A DNA stretch of 64,000 nucleotides from Octopus vulgaris. Its lineage: Eukaryota. The stretch spans positions 103,044,001-103,108,000 of the forward strand of contig OX597818.1 of assembly GCA_951406725.2 (NCBI GenBank), read 5' to 3'. Position 1 is the stretch's first letter. Each line of letters starts with the position of its first letter. Shown here piece after piece: positions 44,466 through 56,943 of the stretch. Below the pieces are notes generated by a model. The model worked only from the letters and a program-made list of their open reading frames with translations. It was not told the origin of the DNA and made no database searches. Made by a program: the position numbers and the translations under genes.

Positions 44466-45171
44466 AAATAAGAAATAGGAAGGACCGAGTAGAGAAATAA
44501 ATTTAAATGATAGAAACATACCAGAAAATGAAATAATATTTTAACCAATTCTCTATATGCTTTTCTCTATATGTGACAATTCAAGGTTGACTCAGTTAAC
44601 GAAACGTTTCTTACTATGTTAGCTGCTCCTTACGAAAGACGCACTTCGTTTTCTACCCCAGAATATAAAATAGTAAACTGTAACATTAAATAGTTAGAAA
44701 TTTATCTATCATCGAAGTGAATAGCTAAATACACACATTTCTGAATTTAACGGGTATCCATTAATTTAACAATATACATGGTATCCATAAAATGAATACG
44801 TAAAACTGAAATGAATTGAAAAATTTGAAAGCCTAGCTTTAGGTAAAAGAAGAATCAAAATATTATTTATATGCGTAGATTTTTCAGGTTCTATAAAAAG
44901 AGAGAAAATAGTTTTCCATTGTTTTTCTTCGTTAGCAGTTGGCGGCCATTTTGAAAGTGAAAATGATGTGTATGCAAATAAATGAGAAAAATCTATGAAA
45001 CAAATCTTCGTTTCACTTGAATGTCTCCATGTATGGAGGGGAGGATTTTCTTAAAGTATTATTCACAGTATTATATATGTTTCTAGCGAGTACTTTAGTG
45101 AAAAGTTTATCTGGTAACGTTGGCAAATCTCTTACATACGTGTAGATGTAAAAGCGGCTGTGTGATAAGTC

Positions 45172-45553
45172 GTGGCACTCCGTCGGTTACGACGACAGGG
45201 ATTCCAGTTGATCCGATCAACGGAACAGCCTGCTCTTGATATTAACGTGTAAGTGACAGCTCTCCTCAGACACGTGTGCTCTTAACGTAGTTCTCAGGAA
45301 GATTCAGCGTGACACAGAGTGTGAGAAGGCTGGCCCTTTGAAATTAAGGTACAACAGAAACAGGAAGGAAGAGTGAGATAAAATTGTGGTGAAAGAGTAC
45401 AGCAAGGTCCGCCGCCAGCACCAGCCAGAACCTCGGGTAGCTTTTTTAGGTGTTTTCGCTTAATAAACACTCCCAACGCCCGATCAGGGAATCGAAGTCG
45501 CGATCTTACGACTTCGAGTTTGCTGCCCTAGCTACTGAGCCATTGCCATTCCA
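45172..45553 (-). mobile_element. SINE family C, full length
   Basis: tRNA-like head shared with the copy ending at 22105; tail ends GTCGTAACCGACGGAGTGCCAC. Confidence 0.85.
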
Positions 45554-45559
45554 CTGTAT

Positions 45560-45915
45560 GATAAGTAGCTCGCGTACCAACCACATGGTTCCGGGTTGAG
45601 TCCTACTGCATGGCACCTTGGGCAAGTGTCTTCTACTATAGCCTCGTGCCGAACAAAGACTTGTGAGTGGATTTGGTAGATGGAAACTGAAAGAAACCCA
45701 TCGTATATATATATGCATGTATATGTATGTATGTGTAAATTTTTGTGTGTCTGTCTCGTTCCCCCAACATCGCTTGACAACCAATGCTGGTGTGTTTACA
45801 TCACCGATAGAATAAATACTGGACTTACAAAGAATAAGTCATAGAGTCTATTTGCTCGACTAAAGGCGGTGCGCCAGCATGGCCGCAGTCAAATGACTGA
45901 AACAAGTGAAAGAAT
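45560..45915 (+). mobile_element. SINE family B
   Basis: CORE-like block and tail, as at 11345. Confidence 0.85.
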
Positions 45916-47269
45916 AAAATAATACGTGTGTTTAGTTTAAGAACCACGTGTAATTATGTTCCATAATTCCTCCCCGACATTTTATGCTCTGCGGCAATAT
46001 TAGAATCAATTATTATTGTAATATTACTTTTTATAACTCTTTATTCTTTCTCTTTTACTCTTTTACTTGTGTCACGCTGAATCTTCCTGAGAACTACGTT
46101 AAGAGTACACGTGTCTGAGGAGAGCTGTCACTTACACGTTAATATCAAGAGCAGGCTGTTCCGTTGATCGGATCAACTGGAATCCCCGTCGTCGTAACCG
46201 ACGGAGTGCCACGACTTATCACACCGCCGCTCCTACATCTACACGTATGTAAGAGATTTGCCAACGTTACCAGATAAACTTTTCACTAAAGTACTCTCTA
46301 GAAACATATATAATACTGTGAATAATACTTTAAGAAAATCCTCCCCTAGATACATGGAGACATTCAAGTGAAACGAAGATTTGTTTCATAGATTTTTCTC
46401 ATTTATTTGCATACACATCATTTTCACTTTCAAAATGGCCGCCAACTGCTAACGAAGAAAACAATGGAAAACTATTTTCTCTCTTTTTATAGAACCTGAA
46501 AAATCTACGCATATAAATAATATTTTGATTCTTCTTTTACCTAAAGCTAGGCTTTCAAATTTTTCAATTCATTTCAGTTTTACGTATTCATTTTATGGAT
46601 ACCATGTATATTGTTAAATTAATGGATACCCGTCAAATTCGGAAATGTGTGTATTTAGCTATTCACTTCGATGATAGATAAATTTCTAACTATTTTATGT
46701 AACAGTTTACTATTTTATATTCTGGGGTAGAAAACGAAGTGCGTCTTTCGTAAGGAGCAGCTAACATAGTTAGAAACGTTTCGTTAACTGAATCAACCTT
46801 GAATTATCACATAAAGGGAAAAGCATATAGAGAATGTGGTTAAAATATTATTTCATTTTCTGGTATGTTTCTATCATTTAAATTTATTTCTCTACTCGGT
46901 CCTTCCTATTTCGTATTTTTATTTCTTTATTGCCCACGTGGGGCTACACATAGAGGGGGCAAGCAAGGACAGACAAAGGGATTAAGTCGATTACATCGAT
47001 CCCAGTTCGTAACTGCTACTTAATTTATCGATCCCGAAAGGATGAAAGTCAAAGTCGATCTCGGCCGAATTTGAACTCACAACGTAACAGCAGACGAAAT
47101 ACCGATTTCTTTACTATCCACAAGGGGCTAAACACAGAGAGGACAAACAAGGAGAGACAAACGTCGTTTTTTTCCTGTCCTTCTAATTGTTGTTTCTCTT
47201 GTCCACCTTTGTATCGTCCATCTGTCCGAAAGTTTTACTGTCCTCTATTGTGCTATTCTTCCATATTTA

Positions 47270-47742
47270 AGTAAAAAGAGATAAATTGAGTATTAATTAA
47301 TTTAATATCAATTTAAAATCAGTAGCCTAACATACAAAAATCTGAAAAATCAGAGAAAATTCTAACACACGTGTATATTTAAAGGGCGAATAAACCACTA
47401 TGTGGTCAGCCATATGCTAGAAGTACATCACCTACGATCAAACTACAAAGAAAAGACAGAAAACTGGTGGTTAATTTTACAAATTATATTACATGTGGAA
47501 CGATCGCACTGACGAGCCCTAAGGACGAGGGATTACGTAAGTGATTCATTCGTTAATAAGCGAAACCGCCGGTCTGCGTTTAATTCTTGTTTTTTATATA
47601 ATTTTCATCTGTCTTGCCCGCATATTGTTCAGGTTACCGCTGAATTTTTCTCCAGAGAACATTCTTTTCTTTGTAATTTGATCGTATGTGATCTACTTCT
47701 AGCATATGTCTGGTCACATAGTGGTTTTTTAGCCCTTTAAAT

Positions 47743-47748
<6 letters not shown>
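47270..47748. mobile_element. Penelope-like pseudo-LTR fold-back insertion
   Basis: ~86-bp inverted arms (47371-47456 / 47663-47748) enclose a hammerhead; the left arm extends into a tail shared with 7903-8006. Confidence 0.65.
47505..47578 (+). ncRNA. Type I hammerhead ribozyme
   Basis: Stem I CGCA/UGCG; core CUGACGA (47509-15); stem II 47516-47561 capped by a GUAA tetraloop; GAAA (47562-65); stem III ACC/GGU; GUC cleavage triplet (after 47574). Confidence 0.8.
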
Positions 47749-47791
<43 letters not shown>

Positions 47792-48356
47792 CTTGCTTGA
47801 ATATGATTGACCCTTTCTTTCATTTAACATTCGCTCCTTCGCTCCCCTTGATTATAGTCATTGCTGTCTATCATTTCAATATCTACACATAAACCCAGTA
47901 GAATTCACCATCCTTCACATACCCCATACAACACCTCCTATTTATCTCTCAATTCTCTCAGTAGCCTAAGCATTCCACTCCTCCATCGTCTTGGTATGAC
48001 TCTGATCGCTTCTCCATTCCCTTGCTTCAACACTACATACTTCCATCCAACAACTTACTTCCGCCTTCCATTACCACTTCCTTGCTTCCTACTCTACCTA
48101 CTCTGCCTCTAAACTTCCCTTCATATTGGTTTCAGATGTTAGACTGTTATCTGTCCACCCTGATGAAGCATGGTATGGGGTCCAAACATGTTTGCTTGCT
48201 TCTATTGTCGAACGTAAATTTCTGGTCATCTACAACTGCTAACATTATGAAGAAACTCGGAGCACTCAGAAACAGCCGTAGGAATTGCAATGCCGTCTCC
48301 TCACTAATTCTTCGAGTCTATGTAATCAAAGTAAGTTCGCTTTATAAAATATGTAC

Positions 48357-48401
<45 letters not shown>

Positions 48402-48419
48402 GTATATATCTATATAATG

Positions 48420-48453
<34 letters not shown>

Positions 48454-48706
48454 ATATATATATATATATAATGTATATATATATATATAATGTATATATA
48501 TATATATAATGTATATATATACTGTATACATATACACACACAGACACCTAGTGACACGCACGCACACACACATTTTTAGTTTGCCTTCTCTTTTTACATG
48601 TAAACATGTATATATATTTTGTACATTAAAACACAAGATTTTGCCTTTTTATCTGGATCATTCTCTCTTTCTCTCGATATATATATATGTGTGTGTGTAT
48701 GTATGC

Positions 48707-48767
<61 letters not shown>

Positions 48768-49505
48768 GTATATGTATTACGTATTATGTATGTATGTATA
48801 TGCACTGACTCATTTATGTGATTGCTCTCATATAGTTTGCAAGAGAAAAAAAGTTTTTAAAAATACTAAAACAATTGTTGATTAATTTATCCAAAGCCAT
48901 GAATATTTGTGTGAATGTTATAATTGGAAAATACGAAGTGTCTTAATAATAAATCATAAAAGACAGTTACTAATTTAGTCGGCTGATATTAATCAGAACT
49001 AATCATCTAAAACAATTAACTAACATAATTAAAAAATATCTTTAATGGCTGCTTTTTAGTTTTAAACTTCTTTTATTATTATGAAAAATTATTGTCAGCT
49101 TTCATCACACTCCAAAATAGCAAGTTAAAATGGTGTACGAATCTTGTTACGGTTTCACCTTTTGAGGCAAAATCTTTTTAGATTGTTTTTCCTTATTTCA
49201 TTCAGTTAACTCTTTCATACTTTCTTCTCCTCGTGTGCATTGGTTCACGCATCCAATGCTTTTTATTCCATTTCTGAATAATACGATATCAATCCGATTG
49301 TAAATAATATATGGGCATAGCGTTTGGTTAGTGTTAATTAAATAGAAGTACCTATTATTTATAGTGTAGGCACTTTACAATATATATATATTCCCTTTAA
49401 ACCCTAAACATCGCATACATTACCGCCATATTAGGTTTCAACTTCAAAAGCAATTACATCTAGAATTCGTCCATTCCTTTTATTTTAGTTAAATACCAAT
49501 GAGAA

Positions 49506-50120
49506 AGGTCGACGAGCTGGCAGAAACGTTAGCACGCCGGGCGAAATGCGTAGCCGTATTTCGTCTGCCGTTACTTTCTGAGTTCAAATTCTGCCGAGGT
49601 CGACTTTGCCTTTCGGGGTCGATAAATTAAGTACCAGTTGCGCACTGGGGTCGATATAATCAACTTAATCTGTTTGTCTGTCCCTGTTTGTTTTCTCTGT
49701 GTTTAGTCCCTAGTGGGTAGTAAAGAAATAGGTTTTTCGTCTGTCTTTACGTTCTGAGTTCAAATTCCGCCAAGGTCGACTTTGCCTTTCATCATTTCGG
49801 GGTCGATAAATTAAGTACCATTTGCGTACTGGGGTCAATCTAATCGACTGACCTATTCCCCCAAAATTGCGGGCTTTGTGCCTAGAGTAGAAAAGAATCG
49901 TTAGCACGCCGGGCGAATTGCTTCGCGTTGTTACGTTCCGTTACGTCTACCGTTACGTTCTGAGTTCAAAATCTGCCACGGTATCCTTTGCCTTTCATCC
50001 TTTCGAGGAGGATTAGATAAGTACTAGTTATGCACTGGGCTCGATGTAATCGACTTAACCCCCTTGTCTGTCCTTGTATGTCCCCTCTATATTTATCCCC
50101 CTGTGTGCAATAAAGAAATA
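49506..50120 (+). mobile_element. Tandem array of three SINE A units with two tail variants
   Basis: Three GTTCAAA..GCCTTTC blocks arranged head to tail. Confidence 0.85.
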
Positions 50121-51564
50121 AATACCATTGAGAAGGGTATACTCAATATATTATTCTCGGTCATACATAAAGCAGAAAGCTTTATTGGTATCTGCGAAAA
50201 CCCCAGCATATTATATCAAAGTTATGTTATTATCTAATCTAATGAATGGAGATATGCCTAGTAGCAGTTCCAGAGATTTCCCACGCTGTCTAACTCCATG
50301 TAGGAAATATTCAACGTGAGCTCCAGTAAAATAATGCCTGCAGGTATACGTGAGAAGGCATTAGGTTTCAAATAAAATTTCCAATAATGAGAAAGTTTTC
50401 GATGATGTCTTTAATACTATGATTTAAAAAATTAGAGAGAATAATTAAAAGCAGAGGCATGAAGTAGGAATGGTGTAGAACTAAGTAGGAAAGAGGTCTT
50501 GGAGCTAAGACAGGTGACAATTAGCTAAAAGATTTTTGTCAGATAAGATATAAAATTATTATGTTTCTGCTTTGTAGAGTAATAGAAAATTACATAGTCT
50601 AAAATATCTTCTCTGAACAGTAGCCTTGGAACCGCGTTGTTACCCTGCTACATACCAAGTCATATTAAAAAGTAACACGTTTTTCAGTGTACTGTTTTAT
50701 TTCCTATGACAGTAAATGTGTGTTGAGAGAAATTAAGCTACTGTTCCTTGAAGGGAAGCGGTGACTGCTGCGTAGACATTCGTTGGCTGATAATTGTATA
50801 CTTGTCATGAAAGGTCATCAGAGACCCTAAGGTGAAATATTCTTAAAGATTGGGAAGGATTCAGTTATGCTGTTCAAATCGCCTAAAAACCGTATTAACA
50901 CGTCATAAACAACACTAACAAAATCAACAGCCGCAACGAAAATATTTTTGCTGACCTCAACGAAGAAAGTTTATTAAGCAATATAGTCTATAACTTTACG
51001 ATGTCAGTAAAAACTTAAAGAATGTATTTATTTATGCGTTTGTGGTGAGAATATTTTAAAATAATTTTGTTTCGTTATGAAATATTTAATATTCCGTTCC
51101 TCCAATAACTCGCGGCTAAAATTAGACGTTCTGAATTAAGTTCTGAACGTTCAAAAACAGTTTCTATACGAAATATACAGAAATAGAGAGAAAAGAATTT
51201 ATTTATCAATCTATCTATTTGTCTGCCTGCCTGCCTACCTACCTACCTGTCTGTCTGTCTGTGTGTACTCGTATATGTACGTGTTAATGTTTGCTTTTTG
51301 TCAAATTATACGTAAAACAATTTAATATTAAAATGAATGATTAACCAATATTTATTTAACAGAATGCATATTATGATCTCTTACAAGGAAAAGACTGATA
51401 GTGACTTCGAAATTTAGGCTTGCTTGCCATCGCACTCAGGTAGCTGTGAGTCAACTGAATCATCGGAGTCGCTCTCAATATTTTTTCCTTGTAAAACTCA
51501 TATTTATAACTGAGCCCAATTTTGGTTGGGTGTCTTAGTTGTGTCGTATTTCCCCGTGCTCCTT

Positions 51565-51645
<81 letters not shown>

Positions 51646-51748
51646 CATCCATCCATCTATGTACTTAACTACCTACCTGCCTATCTATCTGTCCGTCTGT
51701 CTATCTGTCTATCTATATATGTATGTGTGCTTGTATATATGTATGTAT

Positions 51749-51803
<55 letters not shown>

Positions 51804-51907
51804 CGTGACCAACCAGGCTATCAGATGTTGCTACACATCGCTGGTCACAATGCACTCGCATTGTTTTAGCCTTCAAATGACGCCACTCCGCTGGCTAAGC
51901 GAGCAAG

Positions 51908-51966
<59 letters not shown>

Positions 51967-54153
51967 GTATGTGTACATTTACGTATGTGAGAGTGAATGT
52001 ATGTGCACACGCGTGCATACGACTTTTGCACGTGCATGCGAATGTAATCATATTTGACTCTTCGTTGTGTATACCCTAACAACTTTTTACATATCTGTCT
52101 TATGCATTCGAAATAAAGGAAAACAAATGAATAAACGTAGTCCCGGTTATTGCAGGCTTTTGAATAGACTTCATTACAACAGAAACTTCCATTGCCCGTA
52201 AATCTGATAAAATATTCAGAAAATTAAACTAGTCGCAGATATTCTTCTTATAGCTTTCTCGATGAGAGTTGACCAGAGTTCAACCTATAAGAATAAATCA
52301 TTTTAACCCAGATGGAAATATTCGCTAGTGCCAAATTGTTGTATCTTATCTCCACTTTCTATGGATTTCTTCTCTAGGGAAAACAATTACAGCCTGCGTT
52401 AAGGTAGATCTTCACTCGATTACTGTTTTTATACGGCCGTCTCTATATTTCTTTATATCAATGGTTCGATCTACGAATTGTGTAATCGCATGAAACATTG
52501 TACGTTTTTAGTGGACTGGTTTGGCACCTCCGTAATATTGATTGCGAAGGGTCCACCTTCAAAAAAATATAAGTAATATGATGCAGATGGCTAGGATAAA
52601 GACAGAGCTATTCGATGCCAGATAGAAAGAAAATGCTCATAAGCTTCAAACCACATCTGAATCAGGATGCGAATTGAAAGAATTCCTACCTCTGGTGAAT
52701 AACATGTGAGGCGTATTCTTTTCTACTCTAGGCACAAGGAATCGAAACCGCGATCCTCCGACCGTGAGTCCGCTGCCCTAACTACTGGGCCATTGAGCCT
52801 CCACATATGCACATATACACACATATATACATCCGTACACGTAATTGTGTCGGCAGGGGTATTATGCTTGGTGTTTGTGACTGTAGCATGTATATAAACT
52901 AGCGTAATTTATATTGTCACTCAATATATTTTGTATTTGCGGTTCACAATTTAGATTTCTCTTTAGTAAAGTTATATGTATATGGTACCCAAACAGCAAT
53001 GAGAAAATATAATTAGTATTGCTGTTGTTATCGATAAATTTGGATTCCTATTTGCGTTATTGTGTATATGAATTATGCATGTAATACCAAATAATGCATA
53101 TTATAAGACAGTATAATGAACTTATGTGCAATTACGTGTCCTGAAATCTTGGTAAGCGTTGCATATTTCAAGAGCCGTTCATTAGTTTGTAGATCTTATG
53201 CAAAACCCTACTTAGAGTGCAGACTGGGCAATTATAGGATACAGTAAGATGATTTACTTTAGAAACACACCGTGAAAAGGCAATATCTAATGAATGTGAA
53301 AAGAATCACCACGAAACTATTTGAATTCTTGACCTACAAATTCAGGAGCAATCTGCATAATAAATTGGTACTTACATATAACTCTTGCTCATAACGTAGC
53401 GTCATTATTTCCATTATTCTACTGCTGATAATTTCAACGATCTCAACTTTGCCTCCTACATTCATAGATTCGATCTAAAAGACTATTATATTTTGCTATC
53501 TGAAGCACGACTAAAACTTTAATCGAAGTAACTTCATTACATACGATTTGGCATTTCTCAACTATTCTACGCTGTAATAAATATTTATTCCCCGTCTAAA
53601 TGCATTTGATATTTTATCAATGTAGTATATATAGTTGAACATTTTTTGTTTTTGTTCAGCATCATTTTCTTATCTTCATTAGTCACTACCATCTACCATA
53701 CGCTGCGACTGATAAATGTACATATATTCAGTTTCACACTGAGATAGTTGTAGCAGACTGAAAATATAATAAAAAAACTTAACATTTCTTTTCTATCACT
53801 GCTAATACATGAGACAATGAAAACTCAGCACAATATATTAACGTGATGCTGTCACAGTATTCTCGCCTCCTCATCTAAAGTGAATAGCTATCTCATCTCA
53901 GGTGGTTTGTTACAGACGACTTCATCAGATAAATGTAATGCTGTTGATAATTCGAACAGAAAATATCAAAAGTAGTTAGCAATAGTACCCAAATCTACAC
54001 GAAAATTAGTACCCAGACGTATAGATTCTTTCTCAAAAAACCAAAATCTCTGCAGAAGATATGGATCGACAAAATCTCGGAGCTTGACGGTAGCATAACT
54101 AAGACAATTAAATCGCATATTACTCAAAAACTATGAAGCTTAAAATGGATACC

Positions 54154-54383
54154 TATTTCTTTACTACCCACAAGGGGCTAAACACAGAGGACAAGCAAGG
54201 ACAGACAAACGGATTAAGTCGATTATATTGACCCCACTGCGTAACTGGTACTTATTTAATCGACCCCGAAAGGATGAAAGGCAAAGTCGACCTCGGCGGA
54301 ATTTGAACTCAGAACGTAGCGGCAGACGAAATACGGCTACGCATTTCGCCCGGCGTGCTAACGATTCTGCCAGCTCACCGCCT
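54154..54383 (-). mobile_element. SINE family A with ~20-bp TSD
   Basis: Flanked by TGAAGCTT(A/G)AAATGG(G)ATACC. Confidence 0.9.
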
Positions 54384-55264
54384 TGAAGCTTGAAATGGGA
54401 TACCATTATTTAGCACTACACTTCACAATTATACAGAACAAATGATTAGCTTCTTATCCGGAATTGAAATAAAAATAATTAGAAAATCATTTATTTTACT
54501 TATTTTTGTCATTGTTTTACTAAAAAGAATGCGGCCGTGCTGGGGTTACACCTCGAAATATTTAGTTAAACACATAAACTCTACGGCTTGTATTTTCACT
54601 CTGGTACTTATTCTATCGGTGTCTGGTCGACGAACCGGTAAGTTACGGATGTATAAATACACTATCACTACACTCACACGCACGCACACACATATACTCG
54701 TTCACACGCATACATACATATATTACAGGCTTACAAAGGATTTCCGATAACCAAATTCACTTACAAGTCAATGTGCGGCCGAACACTGCAGTAGAAGACG
54801 TCTAACCTACCTGACGTACAGCGGGACGGAACCCGAAACCTTTTGTTTGCTAAGTGATCTTATTTAACCAGACAGCCATGCTTGTAACTCTAACGGAAGT
54901 AGAAAAGTTTTCGAGAGTTTCTTAACCCCAAGTTATGTATATTTTTCTAAAATCATGTCACTAATATTAGTATACTTACACAACTTGATGGACAGATATT
55001 TGATTACAAATCTGTAGATACGAAGCCCAAACTAAGTAATTTCTTGTATTTAACTTGGCCTACATACCGTTCGATATGAAATACTACAGAATCTAAGATA
55101 GGATGAAAACTAGTCGATGATACCAACAAACATTCTTCTTCACAAATATTAAACAATTCAAATTAGTAGTATTAGCAGAAGTAGCAACTAATATTAGTAG
55201 CATTACAATAAGGCGATGAGCTGGCAGAGTCGTTAGCACGTCGGGCGAAATGCTAAGCGGTATG

Positions 55265-56261
55265 TATCTAGAGAAAATAGCTTTAGCAACCAACGATATC
55301 CATGCTGTTACGGTTGCTACATTAGGAGATATTGAAAGTAGACTGCTGAATTTAGGAGGGGAAGTGAACGTCTTGAACATGGCCCTAGTATTGGACATCC
55401 TGCAATTTCTACCACCGAGGAAAACATTGATCGTATTCACTACAAGCTGATGGATGACAGGCAATTGACTATAAATCAAAAAGCCAATGTTAGCATATTC
55501 TGTGAGAAAATTGAAAATATTCTGCACAATGAGACTGACATGACGAACGTTTCTACTCGATGGCTGCCAAATTTTCTGACGCCTGAGGAAAAGTGCACGA
55601 AGCTGATCACTTTACGGGAAAATATGACATTGCGCGAGTCAGATCCAGCTGGGTATCTTGAACGTTTCTCCGCAGTGGAAACACCCTTTCTCATTCAATG
55701 GAAAGGCCCCTCCTCACTTACTTCGAAGAAGGCCAAAGTCGTTTCATCTGTAGGGAAGATGATGCCCTCACTTTTTCAGGATGCAAAAGGCCTTACCAGC
55801 AATAGAGAGTAACATTCCAATGTGCTGAAGCAGTTACGAAACTCTGTCAAGACCAAACACGCAGGAAAGCTGGGGAAAGGGGTCTTGTTTCAGCAGAAAA
55901 ATGCTCCAGCACACACGTCCTTGGTTTCAATGGCTGCCGTATATGACTGACTTCAAACTGGTTAATCAGCCTCCCTATTGTCCTCTGATTTGTCCACATC
56001 GGACTATCATCTGTCCTTTACATGAAACAACGCTTGGCTAGGAGCCAGTATTGCAATGATGATGACTACCTATCTTCTGTTGATGACATTTTTTCACCAA
56101 TGGGATGAAAGTTTCTTCCCTAATGAGATTCAAGCAATGAGATTCAAGATGGAAGGTGTGTGTAGAGCGCAAGGGGCACTATGTTGAAAAGTAAGCCTCA
56201 TTTGGTCACAGTCTATGAGAGTTTCATGATCAGCCTATTAACTTCTTAGAGAACACTCGTA
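55265..56261 (+). mobile_element. mariner transposase pseudogene with 3' TIR
   Basis: DIHAVTVATLG, STRWLPNFLT (WVP-like), KKAKVVSSVGKMM, GVLFQQKNAPAH, decayed PPYxPDLxxSDYHL; ends ...CACTCG|TA. Confidence 0.9.
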
Positions 56262-56396
56262 CATGTATAAAATGAGTATTTCCGTGCAAAAACTAACTTT
56301 TGGGCTTGTAACGATGCCGATACATTTAGTACGTTATAGATATAGATTCTATAAGTGTATAAACATAATACATACACGCATGCATACACACACACG

Positions 56397-56943
56397 ATGT
56401 AATGACATCAGATGCATCGTACAGTGAAAGGAGCCTCATCAGGTGACGAAGCATACTTTAAAAATTATAAGATTTACATTTCGCTTTGTGGTTGATAAGA
56501 ATTAAAATACAAAGAATCTAGTGTAAATAGGTGAAGCGTTTATGGCATTGCATTAAAAGGCCCCAAAGGTGTGGAGACCTTTCATGGCTGTCTATGCCTG
56601 TCAAAGACGGGAATCACACTCCCACCAAATTCTTGACCACGCCGCCACGCCTGACTGACAAACCTAGTCATCAAATGTCTCCACACTCTTTAGGGCCATT
56701 CAATCGAAAGTAAAAAAAAACTCCGCTCCCTTTACATTAGATTCTTTGTAATTTTGAATTTTTTTATCAAGCACTTACTGACCACAAGTTTCTTCACTTT
56801 ACCAATGTGTGCGAACTATTAGGAACACACCACCAGCATCTAATTTGGAGAAAAAGATAAATTTAAATCTTATAACATTTTGAAGCATGTTACATCATCT
56901 GATGTGACTCCCTGCACTGTGCGAACATCTGATGTCATTACAT
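56397..56943. mobile_element. Element bounded by ~85-bp imperfect inverted repeats (MITE or PLE fold-back)
   Basis: ATGTAATGACATCAGATG...TTATAAGATTTACATTT (56397-56481) versus the reverse complement of 56859-56943. Confidence 0.7.

Larger units (their letters stand above)
44221..47163. repeat. ~1.1-kb high-identity inverted duplication (44221-45316 / 46068-47163)
   Basis: The arms are reverse complements over SINE and unique sequence, with only scattered substitutions. Confidence 0.95.

Noticed and set aside
48158-48195. CTGATGAAG hammerhead-like start
   Set aside because: No GAAA core or stem II partner follows.
53270-53480. Minus-strand peptides resembling integrase (APEFVGQEFK) or Merlin transposase (VGGKVEIVEI)
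   Set aside because: Short, mutually incompatible matches among many stops; cannot be supported without a search.
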